The position numbers were made by a program, and so were the translations under genes. A stretch of DNA of 64,000 nucleotides from assembly GCA_965113315.1 (NCBI GenBank), contig OZ220378.1; one strand, written 5' to 3'. Under the pieces are notes generated by a model. That model worked only from the letters and a program-made list of their open reading frames with translations. It was not told where the DNA came from and made no database searches. This document shows positions 11,601 through 23,800 of this stretch, in pieces (within the stretch, counting starts at the first letter, position 1; each line of letters opens with the position of its first letter). The stretch is from Podarcis vaucheri (taxonomy: Eukaryota).

Positions 11601-14600
11601 AATCACTGAATATGATTGAACCAAACCTCTTCACTTTCTAACCTGAGGGGTTTGGGGAATGGCATTGCTCAGTAGTAAGATTGCAAGCTTCCATGGACAT
11701 GGTTCCGGGTTCAACCTCCAGTACTTCACTAAAGCAGGGATGAGGAACCTGTGGCCCTCCAGATGTTGCTGGACTACAGTTCCCATCTTCCCTGACCATT
11801 GAACATCTTGGGTGGGGCTGGAAGAAATTGGTGTCCTACCACATCTGCAGTGCCACAGGCTCCTCATCAAGGAGTCAAAGCATCTCTGATAGCAGGGCTT
11901 GGGGGGGGGGCATACTTGGAGAATCACTGCTAGTTCCATAAGAGTCAGAACTGGATTTGATGGAGCTCTATTCTGCACACTATGAGGTGGCTCATTTATT
12001 TTCTCAGTGGAGTGTGTACATTTCATCACCTATGAATGAACTTGAGCGCAAGTATGTGTTTAGCACTGTAAATAAACACAGTTTCCATGGGGGCGAAGCT
12101 GGACGTGAAGCTACGCAATTCTATTATTCTATTATTTTCATATTTTTCCTTTCACCCTCTTATTTTATCTTTTTGTTTAGGAGAATTTTAATACCTGTAC
12201 TTTGGTCGGAGGTCATTGGAATCAATTATTAGTAGCTCAGCTCCTTGAGAAAACTGAAGGAAAAGAGTCCAGTTCACAAGATATCAGCATGAAGAAACAG
12301 TTGTCCCATGTGAAGCTTGACAAACTGGCTTTGCTTCTGCAGAGGAGCAAGCATGAGATGGCCTTAGAACTGGTTCTGAGAGCATTAGATGCTGGAAAAG
12401 TTGAAGAGGCACTAAATATATGCAGGTTTAAAAAATACATTTGGGCTTAGCCATTACCAGTCACTGTGCAATCTGGAGTTTTGCATGCTGTATTAACTAA
12501 CTATATTTATTTGAGGTTATTTTTTGACATCTTGCGTCTGTTTGTACTCACCTTAATCCTTTCCTTTAAAATTTTGTCCTTAAAGAGATTTTCATGAAGA
12601 TCATCCTAATGAACAAACAGGACAGTTGCTGTTCTTAGCATGTCAAAAACTTTGTCATATGCTGGGTTCTAGTACTCTGATGGTTATGCCAAAAGGATTA
12701 AATCTTCCAGCTGTGGTCAATGAAATGGCATGTCAAGCAGTTACTATTTGCAGTCCAGGTAATGAATAACTTCACATGTTGCTATCTTCTGAAAAAAATA
12801 TGGTTTCTTCCATTCATTTTTACATTAAATGAGTAAGAGTTCTTAAAAATTGTTTGAGCTCTTGTATTTTTTTTAAAGGTAAAATATATTTAAAACATTC
12901 ACACTCTCTTCACAGATCTGATCTTAGATGCATTGGAGCTTTGCAAATATACCTCATTTGCCCTTGAAATTTATGGAAAGTGCCAAATTGAGGACTATGG
13001 ATTTATATCAAAAGTGGTAATGCAGAATAAAGTATTTGCTGTTCATGGTATCTTGCTCTTCAGTTTAATAATCAAAGTTGTCCCTGTTGTACTAAAATAA
13101 AAGCAGTAAGGATGTGTTTGGATGCTTTGTATGGCAATATTTGAATACATGACATTTCACACAACTTTCCCCTTTTCTTGCGAGGAATCCTATTTGGAAT
13201 AAGGGAATTTCCCTTAAGAAAAGGGAAACGTTGACAGCTATGCATAGGACAGGGTCTTACCCCCAAGGACTTTCAGTAGAAACAACAGACGCAGGGGTAA
13301 ACAGGAGGAGAATATGGATTCCCACTTAACCATTTTCAGCTGTGTGTTTGTGTGCTCAGAGCCCCACCCATTTACAACCTTATGAACAAGAGCCCAAGCG
13401 CAGGTGTTTTCACACACTAGTCTGATTCCTTTTTGTCTGTTCCCCCTTCCACCTTGGGAGGGACAGTTAAGGACCCAGCAAGATATCTGTGCCCTCCCTA
13501 CTTCATTCATCTTGCTTTTCTTGTGGAGCTTTGACAAAAATGATAGCTAATTCTTTTTGTTTAGACAACCTATTTTGGAGCTGATAAAGACTCTTATGTA
13601 GAGTGGATGTTCAATGACTTTTTCACTGAAGATGGAGCACTTCTGGACCTGCCCTCTGTGCTGCCTTCTGCATATGAAATGGCTACATCTCTAGTGACCC
13701 AAGCAGGTAACCTTTGGTGGCTTAAACTTAATTTCCACAATCTTTTCTCATATGAACTACTGTTTTAGGGAATTCTGGCACTTTATCCCCCCCTTCCCTG
13801 TCTCTCCAATGCCTGATCTCACTCTGTGTTATTCTTTTTTTGTGCTAGCTAAATTGGTAATACTCAAACCCTTTAGATCCCTACAGTTCACCTTTACGCT
13901 ATTCAGGGTTAAAATATCGGACATGTTAGTCAATAGTCGTGACTGAATAGTGACACAAGCATTTGGTTAGTTAACTGGAGGAGATGCTTCGTTGAGCTTG
14001 TGGAGCTGTGTTCTTTATTTATTGTTGTGGCTTTATTTAGTGTGTGGAGTGCTTGTGTGTCTGTCTATATGTTGCACCCTGCCTCGGTTATGGAGATGGT
14101 ACACAGTTGCCATTAGTGGTAGCCATTGATGGCCTTGTGATGTGCAAATGCAGAAGCGCTTTCTCTCCCTCCCCACTTGAAGAAAGGAAGGGTGGTAGGG
14201 CAGCAAGGAGTCGTCAAGTGTGGAAGACTGGGGAAAGGAGGTGTCGGAAGTTGAAGAGGGAACATGGCTTCGTGAGCAGGGAGAGGCTGGCAGAGAGGTT
14301 CAGAATTGGGGGCAGAAAATGAAGCAGGGGAGAAGAGACCAAGAGGCAGAGATGAGGCTGGCTGATGACAGGTGTCTTCCCCTCCACCCTTGTCTCCCAG
14401 AAGCAGAAGAGGCAGAAAAAGGGTGGAGGTGAGGTTGGCGACACACAGATGTAGTCTCTGATTCCTTGGGGGGGGGGACCCTGGAGAGGAGGGGACTTTG
14501 ACAGCTGTGGAGAGGCAGGGATCTTCAATCTCTGCAACTGGTTCATAGGGACAGGACCTGCCGGAGATGTGTTGCTGTGCTCATTAGGCCCGGCACTCTT

Positions 14601-15824
14601 GTGCACATCTGGTTTTGCTAATAAAGAGTTAACTCCAACTTGCACAATGTGATTTGCTGATATTTCTCATCTATTTCCACTCATCCTGTAAATAGTTTCT
14701 GTATGAATAAAGCCTTTGAACTCCATAAACTGTAAGTGATGGTTCCAATCTAATTCATCCAAGCTTCAGGGTTTGCTAACATGGTTACAGTGGTACCTTG
14801 GTTTGCAAACTGTCTGGTTTCCATACGTTTTGGATTACAAACACATCAAACTCGGAAGTGCGTGTCCTGGTATGCGAACTTTTTTTGGATTACAACCCAT
14901 TTTTTGGGATTATGAACTTTTTTTTTGGAGGCCCCATTGGCAAAAGTGCGCCTTGGGTTACAACCTGTTTTGGTTTACGAACGAACCTCCGGTAAGGATT
15001 ATAGTTGTAAACCAACATACCACTGTAGTCATATCTCGGGTTACAGAGGCTTCAGGTTGCGTTTTTTCAGGTTGCGGACCACTGAAACCTGAAAGTACTG
15101 AAACGGGTTACTTCCAGGTTTTGGTGGTCGCGCATGCGCAGAAGCACCAAATTGCAACCCACGCGTGCACAGGCGCACCGCTGTGGGTTGTGAATGTGCA
15201 TCCCGCACAGATCACGTTCCCAACCTGAGCGTCCACTGTATTTGGAGAAGGAGGATTATTATCTAAACTGCTGACAGTGTACCAAAGTATTTGGATACAG
15301 TTGCTACCTTTCTTTTGCAGACTGGAAGATGTATCCTCTGGACTCAGACAGTTTGGCATATTGTCCATTCAAACAAGGTATTACATGAACAAATGGTTAC
15401 AGCTGTAGGGACAAAAGTATATATTTAAATCCTTAGTAGTCCAGAAGTAGAAAGGCATAGTGTTGCTTAACTAGTTTTGACTAGTTATTTGACTCACACA
15501 ATCTGTTCAAGAATAAATGATTAGGTTACAATTCAAATAGTTACTTTAGATATGCTCAGGGGCTTCAATATGACCTGTAGGGTTTTTAAACCCCTTTTTA
15601 GCACAGATTGCCCTAGCCCCTACAACCTGTTTTAAAGCTGGTAGAGCTTTAGAAAAGTGTTCCTTTCTGCATTATAACAAAATGTCTGTGCAAATGTCAT
15701 TTCTAAGGCCTTTTCTTATATTTGCCTATGGATTAAAATACAAGTCCAGAGTGCCCTTGCATATGGGGAGATAGTTGCTCAGTTACTTGAATCCTGGCAT
15801 GGATGCTTGTTAGTAGTAGTAGTA

Positions 15825-15877
<53 letters not shown>

Positions 15878-18800
15878 TTATTATTTATTTCCCACCCATC
15901 TGGCTGGGTTTCCCCAGCCACTCTGGGCGGCTTCCAACAAAATATTAAAAATACAATAAAACACCAGACATTAAAAACGTCCTTAAACAGGGCTGCCTTC
16001 AGATGTCTTTTAAAAGTCAGATAGTTGTTTGTTTCCTTGACATCTCATGGGAGGGTGTTCCACAGGGCAGACATCACTACCGAGAAGGCCCTCTGCCTGG
16101 TTCCCTGTAACTTCACTTCTCACAGTGAGGGAACTGCCAGAAGTCCCTCAGAGCTGGACCTCAGTGTCTGGGCTGAACGATGGGGGTGGAGACGCTCCTT
16201 CAGGTATACTGGACTGAGGCCGTTTAGGGCTTTAAAGGTCAGCACCAACACTTTGAATTGTGCTCGGAAACATACTGGGCGCCAATTTAGGTGTTTTAAT
16301 TCTGCTGTTACGTGGTTTTGGCGGCCACTCCCAGTCACCAGTCTAGCTGCCGCATTCTGGATTAGTTGTAGTCACCTTCAAAGGTAGCTCCACGTAGAGC
16401 GCATTGAAGTAGTCCAGGTGGGAGTAGCTTTAGACCACAATCCTGCACACACATACCTGTGTGTATGCTCAGCGGGCTGGACCTCTGGGAAGACATTGAT
16501 CAGAGTGTGCCTACTGGTTGATTGCTGTTTGCACTTTATTTCCTCTGCCTTTTGGTTCTGGTTTCAGATCCGCTGAAGTCAATCAGGAGTGTTACCACTG
16601 ACTGACACCCCCCCCCCCGTTTTTTCTTCAGTGGGTACCTTGCCAAGTTAGCTCCCTACAGTGTGCCCTACAAATCCATAATTTCCAATCTAAGCCCAGT
16701 TGTCATTCTTACAACATTCTGTAACTTTCCCCTCTAGGAATGGATGTTTGCCTATCATGCAGGAATCCCATCTTTGTTCTGCTCAGCAGCTTACAAGAAT
16801 TTGGCCAATTAGAGTTGGCTTTGGGGCTAATTGCCTCTGCTTTTGGGTCGTTCTTGCAGCATATGACATCAAACAGCATGGAAATTAGTCTGTGTGAAAA
16901 GGTATGTGCCGGATCTGCAAGGAACCTACTCTAGTGAGGTCTACTTTAGGCTTGTGCCTAAGGCCAAACTGGATAGGTCACCATTTACTCGATTGTGTGA
17001 ATATACATAGCAGGTGGGGGACGGTGACAGTAGTGAGGCTTGGACTCTGTGCCCCGGCTGTAGTCTTGGATCAAGCACCTGGCAATATCCTATTTGCATG
17101 GGAAGTAAGGTTTGCATTCTTCCCATGCAAATAGCAGACATGGGGTGTTCTATCTGGATCAATACTGCAGAGGAGGCAAAAGATGAAAAGCAGCCACCAT
17201 GGTCTTTATCTATATCAAGACCGCTTCCCCTACACTTGCTATTTACATCATAGAAATGACATTAATGTAATTGCTGAGTGTGTGAGTGGGGTTATGTCTG
17301 GTTTTACTCCTCCTAGTTCCCTGCCTATGAAGGTGTTTGCAGAGTGTGTGAGTGGAGGGCAAGATATTACTTAAAGCAGCTGGGTGCAGTGATCTGACTG
17401 GGCTGCTGTCCAATTGCACTACAGCTCAGGCTCTGCTCCTAAGAGCCAAACAGCTTTGCCATGTTTGGCTCTTGTTTGTGATGCTTGTAATGTATATGAC
17501 ACATGTTTTCATAGCAACAAAATCGTTCCAATATATTATTCTCTGTCCATCAGCTGTATGACCGGAAGACACTGGATGATGCCAGAACATTCTTCTTAAC
17601 ACTGATTCAAAGATCTGCTTCACTAATTAAAAGCATCATTATGGGCCTATTGCACAAGGTGAGAATATAAGCATGTATTGTGAGGACGAAATGGCTTTGC
17701 AGGGCACCCGAATTCCTCTCCTTAGCTCTTTTGCGGTTCCCGTTCATTTGTTGATGCTTGTGCAGGAGAACTTTCTTGGGGGGTGGTGCCCTTTGTTTGC
17801 CAAGTGCCATATCCTTTCCTGATTTACAGAAAATTTAAATTAAGGCAGACTATTTTTAAAAAGAGCTTACTTTAAAGTATTTTTACTCCCAAAGGTTTTC
17901 AACAGCCACCTGATAGACCACAACCTTGCACTGGGTTACTGCACTTTGTTGTCCAAAGATGATGTATTTAAAAAGCTCTGGGACGTCATAAATAACATGT
18001 CACAGAATTACAGCAAGATTCTGGTAAGTTGTTTAAAGCATTTTTCAGTTAGTTATGCCTTGTTTCTAGGCTCCCCATAAGTGTCTGGCTGGCCACTGTG
18101 AGAACAGGATTCCTCTGGCCACATGCAGGAGGCGGTTCTTGTGTTCTTGTGCTTCCCTGCCCTTCTCCAGCACAGTTGCAAAGATGAGATCTGAAGAATC
18201 TGCTTCCATTTGTAAATAATGATTTGTTTGGCCAAGATCATAAATGACTGTTTAAATCAGGGTTCCCCTGAGAATGGATGTAAAGAGGAATTCTGGTTAA
18301 TTTTAATGAACCAGCGTTCCCCAAGTTTAAACGTACTGGGCAACATCACTTCAAAGCGAAAACATATGCTTCTTATCACCGCCCAGTGGTCATGCTATGG
18401 TTTAGTGGGCTTTGTGTGCTCTGTTGGTGACCAAAAGGCTGGCGTCATGACCCTGGAAGGAACTTACATCTCCCCCAATTGTTCATTTGTTGGAAGACTT
18501 ATCTACTCTTGCAGCATATGATACTGCACTACAGATTGATGTGATCTGTTGCAGAGATATATTTTTCCTCTTTTTTGTTTTTATTCATTGATTAGATAGT
18601 TAAGGAAAAATAAAAACCAATATAATATGAGAAAAGTCTAATTGAATGATAGCATAAGCAATAAGATACAAAAGCATGAGGAGGCTCCTTTTTAAAAATA
18701 CCTGAAGGGTTTGTGAATGATTGCAAGTATACTTGTGTTCTTCATTACTATTTCTTTCCCCCACAAACAGGCAGTTGGTTTTGTTGGAGTGCAGCTAGCC

Positions 18801-20811
18801 AGTCACTATGAAGAGACAAACGAAAAACAAGCATTTGAAGAATTAATCACAGATGCTGAATGGGGTATTCAGCTTGGTAAACTTGGTGTGAGTGCTTTTT
18901 TGCGTTTAAATTTGGATCAAATGGTTTATTTACATTTCCTGGGAGCTGATTCTTAAATTGGCTCTTTGATCAGAGAATATTTGCACATATATATGATGAT
19001 AAATATTCCTCCAAACCTTGCTGCTGCACATTTTCTATTGAGGTTTGGTGACTTTTTGTAATCTGCTCATGACATAAAATGAGTGACAGGACCACCCACT
19101 GCTGCACAAACGCCAGAAACATGTAACATTTACTTTACCCTTCAGTACACTTACTTTAGAGTTGTTTTGCTTAAGTCCTTGTGCATGCTCCAGAGTAAAT
19201 GAGTTGCAGCATTTGCTGCTGATATAATTTTAAATTGGAGAGATAGGGCCGCTTAGAACGGAGCCCCCACTTCCAGGTGCCAAATTTGGCTAAAACCCAC
19301 CTGATTCCTAAGACGCCCTCTGCCTAAAGGCATGTCCATAACAGCATTCCGCTCCAGACAAGGAAGCTTAGATCAATTCTTTGTGCCAAAAGAGAAGTGG
19401 ATGTGTGAAGCTCAAACAAGTAGTGGAGAAGGAGCTGCTCCAGAGGAAGAACTTGAGGGGAGAGAGACATTCTGTTCTTCATCAGGCAATGGTGTTTCCA
19501 CCACTTCCATTTTCTTAAATTTGGCATTTTGTTTATAGATCTCTTTCCAGGATTTATTTAGAATGCCCTCAGTAAGGAAGAAAGAGCTTCTAAGAACTTT
19601 GGTACAGCATCCAAATGTGGATACAGATCTCATACTAAAATACTGCAGGTAAGAAAGCTAAATATCATTCTTGCTATAAAAACACCATTTTATTCCATAA
19701 ACGTTTGTTAAAATAATTTAGAAATATCATTTGTAAACTGCTCTGAGGTATGTGTATTTTACAATCAAGTGGTATATAAATTTTATGAAATAAAATAAAT
19801 AAAATGTCTGCCTAATAGGCCCTCTGAACTGGTTTTTTTTAAAGAGATGTGTTCTGTAACACATCATTAGCGCAATAATATTTCATGGTAGCTGAGGTTA
19901 TCCATGGCTCCTGGCCCCGGTCGAAGGCAGTCCTGCTTCTGAATACCAATTGCTGGATAGCACAGGAGGAGGAGGAGAGAGTGCTCCGATTTCCCTTCCC
20001 ACAGGGAGAAGAGGATGCTGCTGGACTAGAGGGACCCCTGGCCTGATCCAGCTGGGCTATTCTTAGGCTCTTGTGTCTCTTCATTAGTGCTGGATTTATA
20101 TTAGACTGTCCACACATCCTTCCATGTTACTATTTGCTCTGCAAAGCTTCCTCAGTGTTACTGTCATCTGGAGGGGCCACTCTTGCACTTTAGCACAACA
20201 AAAGCAGCACAACCCCCCCCCCCAATTTAAAAAAATGATTTGTTGTTAAAAAAAATGACAGGATTTCAGCAGGAAGTTACAGGTCATGAAAAGAGCAAGA
20301 ATCAAGAAATGGAACACCCCATAGGCTCTACTCTTAAGTATGAAGGCCTAGGTGGAAAAAAAACATGGACCCTGTTGGGCCGGAGCTTCTCCAAGATTTG
20401 GTGTTTAATATCAAGGTCTATCAAAAAGACCGGCAGAGAGGAACTGAGAGACAATTAAGAGCCTCGGATGTGAGATCTCCAGGCTGATAGTAGATTAAGA
20501 CTGATGGACATTGTTGGGGGCTGAAACCGGGAAAGGGGGGGTGGAGTTTGGGAATCCAAAGGGTTCATAATTACAATTTATTTCGTTTTTTACTTCGTTT
20601 GTTATTGTTATATAAATTGGGAAATTCGTGGAAGGGAATCTTGGTCAACCTTAGAAAAAATGTTTTAAGAATAAGAACTGGTGTATAAGTTCGATGATAA
20701 GGTTATCAAAAATAAATTGAAGGAAGGGCTGAGAAATACTGTAAAAGTAATGAATGTTAGAATGATGACGGTTTAGAAACTAAGTGGTTTACAGCAGTAA
20801 TGTTTAAGTTA

Positions 20812-20854
<43 letters not shown>

Positions 20855-23800
20855 TTTATTTATATCCCGCCCTCCCCAGCCGAAGCCGGGCTCAGGGCGG
20901 CTAACAACAATCAAATAATCAGTCAAATAATCACATAATCTAAAAATATTTCATTATAAAAATTAATTAAATCAAATTGATGGCAACCAATTAAGCAAAA
21001 TTCTGTGCAGGTTGCCAGAGGAGGGAGTCAGGCTGCGCCCTGACCAAAGGCCTGGCGGAACAACTCTGTCTTGCAGGCCCTGCGGAAAGATGTCAGGTCC
21101 CGCAGGGCCCTAGTCTCTTGTGACAGAGCATTCCACCAGTTTGGAGCCGCAGCCGAGAAGGCCCTGGCTCTAGTTGAGGCCAGCCTAACCTCTCTTGAGG
21201 ATGTTATTATTTGCAGACCGTAGGTTTCTCTGTGGGGCATACCAGGAGAGGCGGTCCCGTAGGTACGAGGGTCCTAGGCCATATAGGGCTTTAAAGGTTA
21301 AAACCAGCACCTTAAACCTGATCCTGTACTCCACCGGGAGCCAGTGCAGCTGGTATAATACTGGATGAATGTGCTCTCGCAGCGAAGACCCCATAAGGAG
21401 TCTCGCCGCGGCATTCTGCACCCGCTGGAGTTTCTGGGTCAGTCTCAAGGGCAGCCCCACATAGAGCGAGTTACAATAATCCAGTCTGGAGGTGACCGTC
21501 GCATGGATCACAGTGGCTAGGTCAGGACGAGAGAGATAAGGGGCCAACTGCTTAGCTTGGCGGAGATGAAAAAATGCCGCCTTTGTTATAGCTGTAATCT
21601 GCGCCTCCATAGAGAGGGAGGTATCGAAGATTACACCCAAACTCTTAACGGCCGGTGCTGGCACTAATTGCACCCCCGCAAGGGATGGGAGTTGCCCCCT
21701 CGATCCCATATCGTCCCGCCCCAGCCAGAGGACCTCTGTCTTCGAAGGATTTAACTTCAACTGGCTCCCACGTAACCATCCAGCCACAGCTTCCAGACAT
21801 CTGGTCAGTGTGTCTGGGGCCGAGTCAGGATGGCCATCCATCAACAGATAGAGTTGGGTGTCATCAGCATACTGATGGCAGCCCAGCCCAAAACTCCGGA
21901 CAAGCTGGGCGAGGGGGCGCATAAAGATGTTAAAAAGCATCGGGGAGAGAATCGCACCCTGAGGCACTCCACACACCAAGGAGTGGCGCGATGACAATTC
22001 CCCCCCAAGCGCCACCCTCTGTCCCCGACCAGAGAGAAACGAGCGCAGCCATTGAAGGACTGTGCCCTGGATCCCCACGTCGGCAAGGCGGTGGTCCAGG
22101 AGTTCGTGATCGACCATGTCAAAGGCTGCTGACAGATCTAGAAGAATCAGCAGTCCCGACCCGCCTCGATCCAGCTGCCTGCGGAGATCATCTGTTAGGG
22201 CGACCAGAGCCGTCTCGGTCCCATGACCAGCGCGGAAGCCGGACTGGAATGGATCCAGAGCAGATGTTTCATCCAGAAACCTACCAAGCTGTTCAGCAAC
22301 CGCTCTCTCAATCACCTTACCCAGGAATGGAAGATTCGAGACCGGGCGGTAATTGGATAGATCTGAGGGATCTAATGATGTTTTCTTTAAGAGCGGACGC
22401 ACCACTGCCTCCTTCAGTTCCCCTGGGAATATCCCGGTGCCAAGGGACAAATTGATGATATCCCCCAGGGGGCCCCGCACCTCGTCTGGACACGCTCTAA
22501 TCAGCCATGACGGGCACGGGTCAAGAGGACAGGTGGTGGGCTTTCCAGCTTGGAGGAATCTGTCCACATCGGCTGGAGATATCCGGTCAAAGTGGTCCAA
22601 TACTGGACCCGAGGACAGTCGAGGGGCCTCCAGTTCCTTTATTGTATCCAAATTGGCAGGGAGGTCATGGCGGAGCAACAGGACCTTCTCCGCAAAAAAG
22701 CTCGCAAATGCCTCACAGCTGTGTGTCAGATTGTTATTTAAATTTGGCTGTCCTTCAAGGGACATTAAAGACCGAATTATACTAAATAATTGCGCCGGGC
22801 GAGAGCTAGCGGATGCAATGGAGGCCGAGAAGTAAGACTTCTTAGCGGCCTTCACTGCCATCTCATAGGTTTTCATAAAAACCCTATAAGATGTTCTTGA
22901 GGCTCCGTCACGGGCACCCCGCCATACTCGCTCTAGCCGTCTGAGGTCCCGCTTCATTTTCCGAAGCTCCTCGGTAAACCAGGGAGCCCGGTTTCTGCGG
23001 GGTCGCAGAGGGCGCTTAGGTGCGATCTCATCGATGGCTGCCAGGAGCTGGGTATTCCAGCCCTCAACAAGCTCAGTCAATGAGTCGCCAGGGGGAGTAA
23101 GGTCCCGCAAGGCTTGACGGAATCTATCCGGGTCCATCAGCCTCTGCGGGCGAGCCCAAATCGGCTCGCCACCTAAGCAGGGTGGGGGTGGAAAGTCAAT
23201 CCTGGCTTTCAGAGCGTAGTGATCAGACCATGGCACCTTCATCGAAGGAGACATGATCACATCTATACCGGCGCCAAAGATCAAATCCAGCGTGTGGCCT
23301 GCTTGATGTGTGGGGCCCGAAACAAACTGGGAGAGCCCTAGTGTCGCCATGGAAGACACCAGGTCCAGAGCCTGTGAGGAGGGAGTGGCATCAGCATGGA
23401 AGTTGAAGTCTCCCAATACCAATAGGTTAGGGAACTCCAAGGCCCAGCCGGCCACCGCCTCCAGCAGGCCTGACAGGGTGGCTGCTGGTGCGCTAGGTGG
23501 CCGGTACACCAGCCAGACAGCCAAGCTCTCCTCAGAGCCCCACACTAGGCCAACACATTCAATGCCGGGGATCGATGGTGATGGTAGAGCCCTGAAAGAA
23601 CAATCTTCCCGGATTAATACTGCCACCCCTCCCCCCCGGCCCACAGTCCGTGACTGGTGGAGGACGGAGAAACTCGGGGGTGCCATCTCTCGTAAGGTAA
23701 CAGTTTCCCCTTTGCGCACCCAGGTCTCCGTCACACAAGCCAGGTCAACCCCCTGCGAGGTGAAGAAATCTCGCAGGGTGGCGGTTTTGTTGCCTATAGA

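Noticed and set aside
15733-16024. Poly-Leu and poly-Asn ORFs
   Set aside because: Translations of the (TAA)n L2 tail microsatellite.
17809-17817. ATATCCTTT, a U12 AT-AC donor consensus
   Set aside because: It lies inside an ordinary GT-AG intron whose flanking exons already join in frame; no matching exon precedes it.
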